Positions 28,000-36,505 of a stretch of 64,000 bases of DNA are shown piece after piece. Source of the DNA: an uncultured Erysipelotrichaceae bacterium (GTDB lineage: Bacteria > Bacillota_I > Bacilli_A > RFN20 > CAG-826); assembly GCA_902800645.1 (NCBI GenBank), contig CADCFC010000002.1:8436-72435 (forward strand). Direction: 5' to 3'. Each line of letters opens with the position of its first letter. Positions within the stretch are counted from its first letter, which is position 1. The position numbers were made by a program, and so were the translations under genes. A model generated the notes under the pieces. The model did not search any database. It worked only from the letters and a program-made list of their open reading frames with translations, and had not been told where the DNA came from.

Positions 28000-28725
28000 A
28001 TGAAAAGAGTGCTTAAAGCTTTTAAAGGACATAAACACATTTGTTTCTTAGACTTTGAAGGAACACAATTTTCTCATGAAATGATTGCTTATGGAGCAGT
28101 CTTAGTAACTATAGATAAAAACGGTTACATCATTAAAAGAAAAGCGCCAATTAAAAGATTAGTTAAACCGAAAAATGCGATTGGTAGATACGTAGAAAAT
28201 CTTACTGGTATTACAAGATTAGATATCGATCGATTTGGTGTTAGCTTCTCTCAAGCAATGAAAGACTTGAAGAAATACTGTGGTTTAGTGTTCAAAAAAT
28301 GTTCATTTGTTACCTTTGGTAACCATGATATTAGAATCTTAAATCAATCGATTTCTTATAACTTAGATTCTCCAAAAGAATTATGTAAAGTCATTAAGAG
28401 TAATTATGTTGATTTCCAGGCTATCATCTCTGAATTCATCAAAGATGAAAAGAATAACGTTCTCTCATTAGCCCACTATATGGATGTTTTTCATTTAAAA
28501 TTTGACGGTACCGCTCACGACCCACAATATGATGCGACTAACCTTGCAACTTTATACGACACTTTCATGAAACAAAAAGATGTTGTACTCACTGAATTTA
28601 GAAAAAATATTGGTAGAATTACATATCATCCTGCTCCTGTTGATAAAGTGATGAAAAAACTTGCTAACGGGCAAGCAGTTACACCAGAAGATTTAGATAC
28701 GTTCATGAAGGAATACATTGCCTAA
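28000..28725 (+). CDS. DEDDh-type 3'-5' exonuclease domain protein (KapD/DnaQ-like)
   Basis: 241 aa. Exo I FLDFEGT and Exo III HDPQYDATNLATLY. Its stop overlaps the recU start (TAATG). Confidence 0.7.
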   Translation: MKRVLKAFKGHKHICFLDFEGTQFSHEMIAYGAVLVTIDKNGYIIKRKAPIKRLVKPKNAIGRYVENLTGITRLDIDRFGVSFSQAMKDLKKYCGLVFKKCSFVTFGNHDIRILNQSISYNLDSPKELCKVIKSNYVDFQAIISEFIKDEKNNVLSLAHYMDVFHLKFDGTAHDPQYDATNLATLYDTFMKQKDVVLTEFRKNIGRITYHPAPVDKVMKKLANGQAVTPEDLDTFMKEYIA

Positions 28726-29318
28726 TGCGTTATCCTGACGGAAGTGAATATAAACCAAACAATAAAAAAGAAAAAGTCTCTCATAAATCAAAAGCAGAGA
28801 TTTCTTTAAGCTCGGCAAATAGAGGAATGGATTTAGAAAAAGAAATCAATTTATCTAACGAATATTATAAAGATCAAAACATCTGTTTAATCACAAAGAG
28901 GCCGACACCTATCAATATTGTTAAAGTAGATTACTCAAAAGGAGCTAAAATTACTCACGCTTATTTTGAAGAGCAATCCACTACTGACTATAACGGAGTG
29001 TATAAATCTCGCTATATCGATTTCGAAGCAAAGAACACAAAAAACAAGACTTCCTTTCCATTAAATAACATTACTCCTCATCAAATTGAACACCTTAAAA
29101 GAGTGCTATTTCACGGAGGAATCGCTTTCTTCATCATTAATTTTGAATCATTAAATAAGGTTTATTTATTAGACGCTAAATACGTGATTGATTTCTATGA
29201 AAAAGGAGAAAGAAAATCAATCCCATATGACTGTTTTGTCACTAACGGGATTGAAATTGAACAAGGATATAATCCTAGACTTAAATATATAGACGCTATC
29301 AAGAAGAAATATTTTTAA
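28725..29318 (+). CDS. recU: Holliday junction resolvase RecU
   Basis: 197 aa. ANRGMDLEKEIN...TDYNGVYKSRYIDFEAKNT...PHQIEHL matches RecU catalytic-core patterns. Confidence 0.85.
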   Translation: MRYPDGSEYKPNNKKEKVSHKSKAEISLSSANRGMDLEKEINLSNEYYKDQNICLITKRPTPINIVKVDYSKGAKITHAYFEEQSTTDYNGVYKSRYIDFEAKNTKNKTSFPLNNITPHQIEHLKRVLFHGGIAFFIINFESLNKVYLLDAKYVIDFYEKGERKSIPYDCFVTNGIEIEQGYNPRLKYIDAIKKKYF

Positions 29319-29937
29319 ATTTACAAATTTCTCTTAAAGCACATCCGTCACATTTAGGTGACTTAGCGGTACAAAAATATCTGCCAAAATGAATTAGTTG
29401 ATGATGAGTCTTGATCCAAGAAGATTCTGGAATCAACTTTTTTAATTTTCTTTCTATATCAATCGGTTCATCTTTTTTAGAAGCAATACCAAGTCGATTA
29501 GTAATTCTAATGATATGGGTGTCTACTGGCAAATCAGGAATTTTAAATATCTCAATTCGAATAACTCCAGCGGACTTATTACCGATTCCAGGAAGAGTTT
29601 GCAAAGCATCTTTATCACTAGGGAGTTTACCGTCAAAATCATTTAACAAAGTTTTAGCGATTCCCTGTATGTTTTTAGCTTTGTTCTTGTATAGACCGAG
29701 TTTCTTTATGTGTCTTTCAATATCTTTAATATCAGCGTTAGCAAGTTTTTCTAAAGAATCATATTCTTTAAATAATCCTTCGGTTACAGCGTTTACTGCT
29801 TTATCTGTTGTTTGAGCAGAGAGCATTACCGCAATTGCGAGTTCATAATCTTGATTATAAAAAAGCTCACATTTCGCATTAGGAAAAAGTGAGTCTACAT
29901 AACCAGAAATAAAAGACATTCTTTCTTTAGTTATCAT
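29299..29937 (-). CDS. nth: Endonuclease III
   Basis: 212 aa. HhH-GPD (LPGIGNKSAGV, VDTHI) and a C-terminal Fe-S cluster CTAKSPKCDGCALREIC. Convergent with recU, overlapping it by 20 nt. Confidence 0.9.
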   Translation of the reverse strand: MITKERMSFISGYVDSLFPNAKCELFYNQDYELAIAVMLSAQTTDKAVNAVTEGLFKEYDSLEKLANADIKDIERHIKKLGLYKNKAKNIQGIAKTLLNDFDGKLPSDKDALQTLPGIGNKSAGVIRIEIFKIPDLPVDTHIIRITNRLGIASKKDEPIDIERKLKKLIPESSWIKTHHQLIHFGRYFCTAKSPKCDGCALREICKFKNISS

Positions 29938-30580
29938 CGTCTTTTTTAACCCAAGGTATTTTTGCTATTCTAATCGTTTCTTCTAAATTTTTGTCCCATT
30001 CATTGCTTAAAGGAGTGTGACCTTCATTTTCTAAATCATCTCGTTGAGACCAGCTGAGTAAAATCTTATCAACACTTCTAAGAGATTTTTTACCTCTTGC
30101 TAGAGCTTCTTTTAAGGCATCAATAATAGTCTTATCGCTATAGCCATAAGATATCCATTCGTGAATCTTACTCACTTCAACAGGAGATAAGGTTCTATTG
30201 AGTAATTTTTCAAAATTAGCGTATACGTTATCAAGTTCTTCAGAAATTCTTTTACTTGTTTTCTCTTCTTCTTCTTTAGAAAGATAGAGTTGAAATTCAC
30301 GGTATAGTTTTTGCTTGAGTGGCTCAAGAGATGCGACAGTTTGTTTACCAACAGTTTTATATTCAAATAAGCCTTTAGTGATAAGTTTAGCGAGGATTGA
30401 ATCAATCTCTTTAACATCAAGCACCATTTTTAAAGATAATAAATCAGCGGTGATAAAAGGATTACCTTGAGAAATGAGGTGATCAATCATAAAAATTGTG
30501 GCTAATTCATTTTCTTTAATCTTTAGCCTCTTATAGTTTTCGAGTAATAAATATCTAAAATCAATCGCTTCACTAATCAT
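29927..30580 (-). CDS. dnaD: DnaD-domain replication initiation / membrane attachment protein
   Basis: 217 aa. C-terminal DnaD/DnaB_2 repeat (LSPVEVSKIHEWISYGYSDKTIIDALKEA...SVDKILLSW). dnaD-nth adjacency as in Bacillus. Confidence 0.75.
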   Translation of the reverse strand: MISEAIDFRYLLLENYKRLKIKENELATIFMIDHLISQGNPFITADLLSLKMVLDVKEIDSILAKLITKGLFEYKTVGKQTVASLEPLKQKLYREFQLYLSKEEEEKTSKRISEELDNVYANFEKLLNRTLSPVEVSKIHEWISYGYSDKTIIDALKEALARGKKSLRSVDKILLSWSQRDDLENEGHTPLSNEWDKNLEETIRIAKIPWVKKDDDN

Positions 30581-30610
30581 AATGTATATCTACTTTATCA
30601 CTACTAGTAG

Positions 30611-31276
30611 TTATAAATCTATTTTAACTTGATGAGATTTTAAAATTTTTTTAAGTTCTTCTTGGTGATGGCTTTTTCTAATCTCTTGAAGAACTTTATC
30701 TTTATTAAGAAGGTTCACTAATTCAAAGTTATTTTCAATTGATTCTTTTAGCTTTTCATCAAGAGAAAAGCCAGTCTCAAGCATAAACCTATATATTCTT
30801 ATAATTCTTAATGGATCTTCTTTTATTCTTTTATTTGGCTCACCCACCATCACAATTAATTTGTTCTGCAAATCTTTTTTGCCACCAACTAAATCGATAA
30901 CTTGAAGTTTTTCATCGATATACATCGCGTTAATGGTGATGTCTCTACGAAAGACATCCTCTTTAATAGATTTAGTAAAACAAATCTTAGAAGGATGACG
31001 GAAATCTAAATATCCATCTTCTTTTCTTAATGTTGTGATATCAAATTTAACACCACTATTATCTATATACTTAATAGAACCATATTTTTCAAAAGTATAA
31101 TCAGCGTTTAAAAAATCTTTCATTTCACTAGGAAGAGCGTCAGTTACTAAGTCCATATCAGTTAAAGGGATACCCATTAAATAATCTCTAACAGTTCCTC
31201 CAACCATATATAAAAGAAAACCTTTATTATTAAAGAGTTTTGATAGTTCTAAATAAGATTTAATCTTTTGATCCAT
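30611..31276 (-). CDS. cca: Short class II tRNA nucleotidyltransferase (CCA-adding enzyme family), head/neck domains only
   Basis: GGTVRDYLMG, DMDLVT, RRDITINAM and EDPLRIIRIYRF motifs, but only ~221 aa. The track start 31315 is a TTG inside the hup terminator T-tract, so I use ATG 31276. Confidence 0.7.
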   Translation of the reverse strand: MDQKIKSYLELSKLFNNKGFLLYMVGGTVRDYLMGIPLTDMDLVTDALPSEMKDFLNADYTFEKYGSIKYIDNSGVKFDITTLRKEDGYLDFRHPSKICFTKSIKEDVFRRDITINAMYIDEKLQVIDLVGGKKDLQNKLIVMVGEPNKRIKEDPLRIIRIYRFMLETGFSLDEKLKESIENNFELVNLLNKDKVLQEIRKSHHQEELKKILKSHQVKIDL

Positions 31277-31282
31277 AAATAA

Positions 31283-31311
31283 ATTATAGTAAGTAGGCTC
31301 TAATAGAGCAA
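31283..31311 (-). promoter_or_regulatory. Candidate promoter for the cca-like gene; geometry suggests a leaderless mRNA
   Basis: Minus strand: TTGCTC, 17 nt, TATAAT, then 6 nt (TTATTT) and ATG 31276. No SD. Confidence 0.35.
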
Positions 31312-31315
31312 ACAA

Positions 31316-31336
31316 AAAGACCTATAAGGTCCTTTT
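31316..31336 (-). terminator. Rho-independent terminator after hup
   Basis: Minus strand: AAAAG(G)ACC-TTATA-GGTCTTTT followed by TGTTT. The stem has one bulge. Confidence 0.45.
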
Positions 31337-31353
31337 GGAATTGTCGATAATAA

Positions 31354-31641
31354 TTAATTCTCGTTAAGGCGTTCTTTGAACTCCTTCGCTAAATGAATTG
31401 TAACCGTATTTTTTGGTTTGATTTCAATAGCGGAGTGATTTTTTGGATGGGTGCCTTTTCTGCCAGCCTTAGTTTTAGGTTCGAAAACGCAGAAATTCTT
31501 AATGTTTACACTTTGTCCATCCAAGAGAGTGTCGGCGATTAATTCGAAGGTCGCATCGATAATTTTTTTAGTGTCACTTTTAGAAACGTGAACAGCTTCA
31601 GATACAATTTCGATTATCTCGTTTTTGTTAAGTTTTTCCAT
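31354..31641 (-). CDS. hup: HU-family DNA-binding protein
   Basis: 95 aa. HU fold pattern (LNKNEIIEIV...FEPKTKAGRKGTHPKN...I.IKPKNTV.). Confidence 0.9.
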   Translation of the reverse strand: MEKLNKNEIIEIVSEAVHVSKSDTKKIIDATFELIADTLLDGQSVNIKNFCVFEPKTKAGRKGTHPKNHSAIEIKPKNTVTIHLAKEFKERLNEN

Positions 31642-31682
31642 GATGTAAGTGTTTTTCTCCTCTTTAACCTTAATTTTACTCT

Positions 31683-33005
31683 TTATAATTCTTTTTTACT
31701 ACGTATTTTTAACGAAAATTTAATTGGAGTGCCATCAAAATTAAATGTTTCTCTTAATCTATTTTCAAGATATCGAGCATATGAGAAATGCATGAATTCA
31801 GGATTATTGACAACCATAGTGATTGTTGGAGGACACGTTAACACTTGAGTCGCATAATAAATTTTTAATCTTCCTCCATTAAAATCAGGGGCCTGATTCA
31901 TAACCTGCGCTTCTTGGATCACATCATTTAAAACCGAAGTTTTTATACGAGTGTGATAAGCCTCATGAACTAGGTTTAATGCATCAAACAATGTATTAAT
32001 TCTTTTTCTTTGAAGGGCGCTAACATAAACAATAGGAGCATAATCTAAGAATTTATATTCTTTCCTAATCTCTTTTGTAAATGAGGACATCGTATTTGTA
32101 TCCTTATCCACTAGATCCCATTTATTAACAACGATAATGATTGCTTTATGTAAATCAGTTGCATATTGAATAACATGTTTATCTTGTTCGAGAATACCTT
32201 TATCTCCATCAATAACTAAGAGAACTATCTCACTTCTTTCAATTGCTTTAAGCGCTCTAATTGCAGAGTACTTATCTATCGCTTCATATATCTTTCCTTT
32301 TTTCTTTAAACCAGCAGTATCGATAACAACATAATCTTTGCCGTCTTTTCTAAAAGGAGTATCAATCGAATCTCTAGTTGTACCAGATATATCACTAACA
32401 ATAACCCTTTCAGTTGAGAGTATTGCATTAGTGAGTGAAGATTTACCTACGTTTGGTCTACCGATAAGAGAAAAAGTTACTACGTTTTCACTAGTTTCTT
32501 CTTCATTTTTATCCTTAATCAAATCAGTAATGCGATTAAGAATTTCGCCAATTCCTACACCGTGAGCACCACTAACAGGAATAGGTTCACCTAAACCAAG
32601 TGAATAGAATTCAGCGGCGTTAGCGGCTTGTAATCCTTCATCAATTTTATTGACTGCGAGTATAACTGGCTTTTTAACTTTGTGAAGCATTTTAGCGACC
32701 ATTCGATCATCACTAGTAACACCGACTTGACCATCAGTCACAAAGATAATGATGTCAGCTTCATCGATTGCAATATTTGCTTGGATTCTAATTTGTTCCT
32801 GGAAGGGACGATTTTGCATCTCGATTCCACCAGTATCAATTAATGTAAATTTCTTCTTGAGCCAAGTAGCAGTCGCATATAAACGATCACGAGTAATGCC
32901 AGCTTCGTCATCAACAATCGCTCTTCTTTCCCCAACTATACGATTAAAAATCGTGGATTTACCAACGTTAGGACTTCCAACAATTGCAACAACAGTATTA
33001 GGCAT
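31683..33005 (-). CDS. der: Ribosome biogenesis GTPase Der (EngA)
   Basis: 440 aa. Two G domains (GSPNVGKST, GRPNVGKSS) plus a KH-like C-terminus. Confidence 0.95.
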   Translation of the reverse strand: MPNTVVAIVGSPNVGKSTIFNRIVGERRAIVDDEAGITRDRLYATATWLKKKFTLIDTGGIEMQNRPFQEQIRIQANIAIDEADIIIFVTDGQVGVTSDDRMVAKMLHKVKKPVILAVNKIDEGLQAANAAEFYSLGLGEPIPVSGAHGVGIGEILNRITDLIKDKNEEETSENVVTFSLIGRPNVGKSSLTNAILSTERVIVSDISGTTRDSIDTPFRKDGKDYVVIDTAGLKKKGKIYEAIDKYSAIRALKAIERSEIVLLVIDGDKGILEQDKHVIQYATDLHKAIIIVVNKWDLVDKDTNTMSSFTKEIRKEYKFLDYAPIVYVSALQRKRINTLFDALNLVHEAYHTRIKTSVLNDVIQEAQVMNQAPDFNGGRLKIYYATQVLTCPPTITMVVNNPEFMHFSYARYLENRLRETFNFDGTPIKFSLKIRSKKEL

Positions 33006-33678
33006 TATTTTCCTCTTTTGATGCTATCTTTTTATTAATAATATTAATAACTTCATCCACAACTTCTTGAACTGACATAAATGAAGTATCTAAAGTAATT
33101 GCGTCAGGAGCGCATTTAAGTGGAGCAAAGTCTCTATGAGAATCGATGTAATCTCTTTTTCTTACATCTTCTTCGATTTCTTCTAAAGTACAAGGTATAC
33201 CTTTAGAAATATTCTCGTCATAACGACGAACAGCGCGAGTTTCAACAGATGCGATTTGGAAGATTTTAACATCAGCATCAGGAAGGACATATGTTCCAAT
33301 ATCTCTACCATCCATGATAACAGAGTGTTTGGCCGCCATTTTCCTTTGTTGTTCAACTAAGAATAAACGGATGTCTTTATATGAAGCTATATAACTGACA
33401 TTACCTGAAACACGAGGTTCTCTAATTTCTCTAGTAACATCTATATCGTTACATAAAACAAGTCCGTTAGGTCTTAGCTTAATTGTTACTTCTGGAATAA
33501 GAGCAATACACGCAGCTTCATTTTGACAGTCCACTCCTTTTTCCATGCAGTACCAAGTAAAAGCACGATACATAGCACCCGTATCAATATAGGTATAGCC
33601 AAGTATTTCTGCTACTTTTTTAGCAACGGTACTTTTTCCTGCTGCAGCAGGTCCATCAATAGCGACACAAATCTTCAT
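32998..33678 (-). CDS. cmk: Cytidylate kinase
   Basis: IDGPAAAGKSTVAK P-loop and the Cmk body. ATG 33678 (MKICVAIDG) has GGGAGA 9 nt upstream. The track start 33687 has no usable SD spacing, though it forms an ATGA overlap with the upstream ORF. Confidence 0.9.
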   Translation of the reverse strand: MKICVAIDGPAAAGKSTVAKKVAEILGYTYIDTGAMYRAFTWYCMEKGVDCQNEAACIALIPEVTIKLRPNGLVLCNDIDVTREIREPRVSGNVSYIASYKDIRLFLVEQQRKMAAKHSVIMDGRDIGTYVLPDADVKIFQIASVETRAVRRYDENISKGIPCTLEEIEEDVRKRDYIDSHRDFAPLKCAPDAITLDTSFMSVQEVVDEVINIINKKIASKEENNA

Positions 33679-33683
33679 AAAAA

Positions 33684-33908
33684 TCATCTCCCAAATAGTT
33701 TTATTCCGAATATTACAAGTACGAGAACAATAGCAATAATCACACCGATTATAAGTAGGTTCTCAATTATTTTGCGATTTTTTAATTTAAGAAAAAGTCC
33801 CATTTCAGTGGAGACTTCTTCGTTTGAAGGGGCACGAAAATTCTTGCTACCTTCCTTAGAGATAGAATTACGATATTGTTCAAATTTCTTAACTCGTGAT
33901 TCTTCCAT
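33684..33908 (-). CDS. Small hypothetical single-pass membrane protein
   Basis: 74 aa, charged N-terminus then one TM helix (LLIIGVIIAIVLVLVIFGI). Tightly packed between lysS and cmk. No family recognised. Confidence 0.4.
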   Translation of the reverse strand: MEESRVKKFEQYRNSISKEGSKNFRAPSNEEVSTEMGLFLKLKNRKIIENLLIIGVIIAIVLVLVIFGIKLFGR

Positions 33909-33915
33909 TTTATTT

Positions 33916-35403
33916 TTATCTATCTTTCATCATAGGGAAGAGAATAACTTCTCTTACGTTTTCTTGATTGGTGAGTAACATCGCTAAACGATCGATACCC
34001 ATTCCAATTCCTCCAGCAGGAGGCATACCGTATTCAAGAGCTTCGATGAAGTCGTTATCCATTTCGTTAGCTTCTTCATCTCCAAGTTCTTTTGCTTTTA
34101 ATTGAGCAAGGAATCTCTCTTTTTGATCGATTGGGTCATTAAGTTCGGTATACGCATTAGCGAGTTCACGCCCATTAACGAACAATTCAAATCTTTCAGT
34201 GTAACGAGGATCTTTACCTTTTTTAGTAAGTGGGGACACTTCAATTGGATAAGAATAAACAAATGTTGGTTGGATTAAATCGGCTTCACAGAATTCTTCA
34301 AAGAATTCATTCATAACGTGGCCAACAGTATTTTTAAAGTTGTCGAGTTTAACGCCGTGTTTATCAGCGAGAGCTTTTGCTTCATTAAAATCATAGATTT
34401 TTCTGAAGTCAATGCCGGTCTTTTCTAAAATTAAGTCCGCCATAGAAACCCATCTAAATGGTTTATGGAAATCAATGACTTTATCTTGATAAGTAACGAT
34501 ATCACTACCAGTAACATCTTTAGCAGCTTTTCTAATCATTCCTTCAGCAAGTTTTCTCATACCTTGCAAATCAGTATATGCTTGATAAGCTTCAACAGTA
34601 GTAAATTCTGGATTATGAGATGCATCCATTCCTTCATTTCTAAATAAACGGCCAATCTCGTAAACTCTTTCCATTCCACCAACAAGTAATCTTTTAAGAT
34701 TAAGCTCAGTAGCAATTCTTAAATAGAAATCTCTATCAAGAGCGTTCATATGAGCAACGAATGGGCGCGCATTAGCACCACCTAAAATAGGAGAGAGGAC
34801 TGCAGTTTCAACTTCCACAAATCCTTGAGCGTCTAAATAAGATTGAATACTTCTAACAAGTTTAGGACGAGCAAAAGCAACTTTTCTACTCTCATCGTTA
34901 ACAATTAAGTCGAGATAACGACGTCTACTTCTTTCTTCAACATCAACTAAACCATGGAATTTTTCAGGGAGTGGATGTAAGCATTTGGTCAAATGAGTGT
35001 ATTTCTCAGCTCTAATTGTGAGTTCACCACTACGAGTTTTCATAACTCTACCATAAACTCCAACAATATCACCGATATCGGCTAGTTTAAATAATTCGTA
35101 CGCTTTCTTACCAACTACATCAATGCCCATGTAGACTTGAATGTTGCCTGTTTTATCTTGGATATTCATGAATGAGGCTTTTCCCATTCTTCTAAGAGCT
35201 TTGATTCTACCTGCAACAGTAACATATGGTTTATTTCTCTCTAAAGAGGCAGGGGATTTTTTAGTAAATGCTTTTCTTATATCTTCTGAAGAATGAGTAA
35301 CTTTAAAAGCATGACCGAATGGGTCCACATGAAAAGCTTTATATTTTTCAAGTTTCTCTCTTCTTACTAATTCTTGATCATTCAAATTTTGATTGTTATC
35401 CAT
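33916..35403 (-). CDS. lysS: Lysine--tRNA ligase (class II)
   Basis: 495 aa. OB-fold N-domain plus class II motifs (RLFRNEG, GGIGMGIDRL). Confidence 0.95.
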   Translation of the reverse strand: MDNNQNLNDQELVRREKLEKYKAFHVDPFGHAFKVTHSSEDIRKAFTKKSPASLERNKPYVTVAGRIKALRRMGKASFMNIQDKTGNIQVYMGIDVVGKKAYELFKLADIGDIVGVYGRVMKTRSGELTIRAEKYTHLTKCLHPLPEKFHGLVDVEERSRRRYLDLIVNDESRKVAFARPKLVRSIQSYLDAQGFVEVETAVLSPILGGANARPFVAHMNALDRDFYLRIATELNLKRLLVGGMERVYEIGRLFRNEGMDASHNPEFTTVEAYQAYTDLQGMRKLAEGMIRKAAKDVTGSDIVTYQDKVIDFHKPFRWVSMADLILEKTGIDFRKIYDFNEAKALADKHGVKLDNFKNTVGHVMNEFFEEFCEADLIQPTFVYSYPIEVSPLTKKGKDPRYTERFELFVNGRELANAYTELNDPIDQKERFLAQLKAKELGDEEANEMDNDFIEALEYGMPPAGGIGMGIDRLAMLLTNQENVREVILFPMMKDR

Positions 35404-35502
35404 GATAAAACCTCCAAACTCTTTAATAGTATATACGAATTTTTAGTGTCTATATAGGACAAAATAAAATTAATGATTTTATCTAGACTATATCAAAAAT
35501 AA

Positions 35503-36492
35503 TCAAAGTTCTCTTTTACTATTATAGTAAAGTCTATATTCTTCTAATAATGATACCAAATCAGAGCATTTATTTAATTCTGTACTTAACCTATTTTTTA
35601 ATTGTTTAGAATCTGGAAATCCATCGAAAAACTTTGTTGCAATTCCGCGATATACACGCATCGCAATCTCCTCACCTTTTTCATCAATTAGGTCTCTAGC
35701 AAGTTCTAAACAATAGCCAATCTGTTCATCAAGATTTTTTTCATTAGTCTCTCCACCCCTAAAATAAGAATTAATATTTCTAATTAAGTTAGGGTTTCCA
35801 ACAGCGCCTCTTGCAACCATAACGGCATCTGCTCCGGTTATTTCCATCGCCTTAATAGCATCAGAAACTGAATAAATATTTCCGCTAATAACAAGAGGGA
35901 TTTTCATCTTTTTTCTAAGGCCTCTAATCTCCTCAAATCTAGGTGATCCTTGATACATGTCTTTTCTAGTTCTAGCGTGTATTGCAACTAATGAAGCGCC
36001 TGCTTTAGTCACCTCATCAATCACCTCTAAATAAGTTAAATTAGAGAGATCAAAACCAAGTCTAATTTTTACAGTAATTGGTTTATCAGTTACCGCCTTC
36101 ATCGCTCTAACAATATCTCCACATAACTTAGGATTTTTCATTAAAGCAGAGCCGCTGCCAGCGTCGACTACTTTCTTAACAGGACAACCCATATTAACAT
36201 CATAAAAATCGATGTTTTGATTCATTTTTTCACAAATTTGGACGGCTTTTGCCATGTTTTCTGGTGTATTTCCAAATAATTGAACTCCAGTAGGACAATC
36301 TAGCTTATCAAATGTGATATAAGATTTTGTTTCCTTGTTTCCGTAGATAAGTCCCATGTCACTAACCATTTCAGTCACACAGTACGATAAGCCAAATTGA
36401 GACATGAATTTACGATAACCAAAAGAAGTGATTCCGGCCATTGGAGCAAGGATCACTTTTGAATCTAATTTGAGGTTATCAAATTTAAACAT
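35503..36492 (-). CDS. dusB: tRNA-dihydrouridine synthase
   Basis: VILAPMAGITS and NMGCPVKKV motifs. The track start 36576 would overlap ftsH by 70 nt, so I prefer ATG 36492 (MFKFDNLKLDSKVILAPMAG). Confidence 0.85.
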   Translation of the reverse strand: MFKFDNLKLDSKVILAPMAGITSFGYRKFMSQFGLSYCVTEMVSDMGLIYGNKETKSYITFDKLDCPTGVQLFGNTPENMAKAVQICEKMNQNIDFYDVNMGCPVKKVVDAGSGSALMKNPKLCGDIVRAMKAVTDKPITVKIRLGFDLSNLTYLEVIDEVTKAGASLVAIHARTRKDMYQGSPRFEEIRGLRKKMKIPLVISGNIYSVSDAIKAMEITGADAVMVARGAVGNPNLIRNINSYFRGGETNEKNLDEQIGYCLELARDLIDEKGEEIAMRVYRGIATKFFDGFPDSKQLKNRLSTELNKCSDLVSLLEEYRLYYNSKREL

Positions 36493-36505
36493 AAGAAAAG
36501 GGAAA

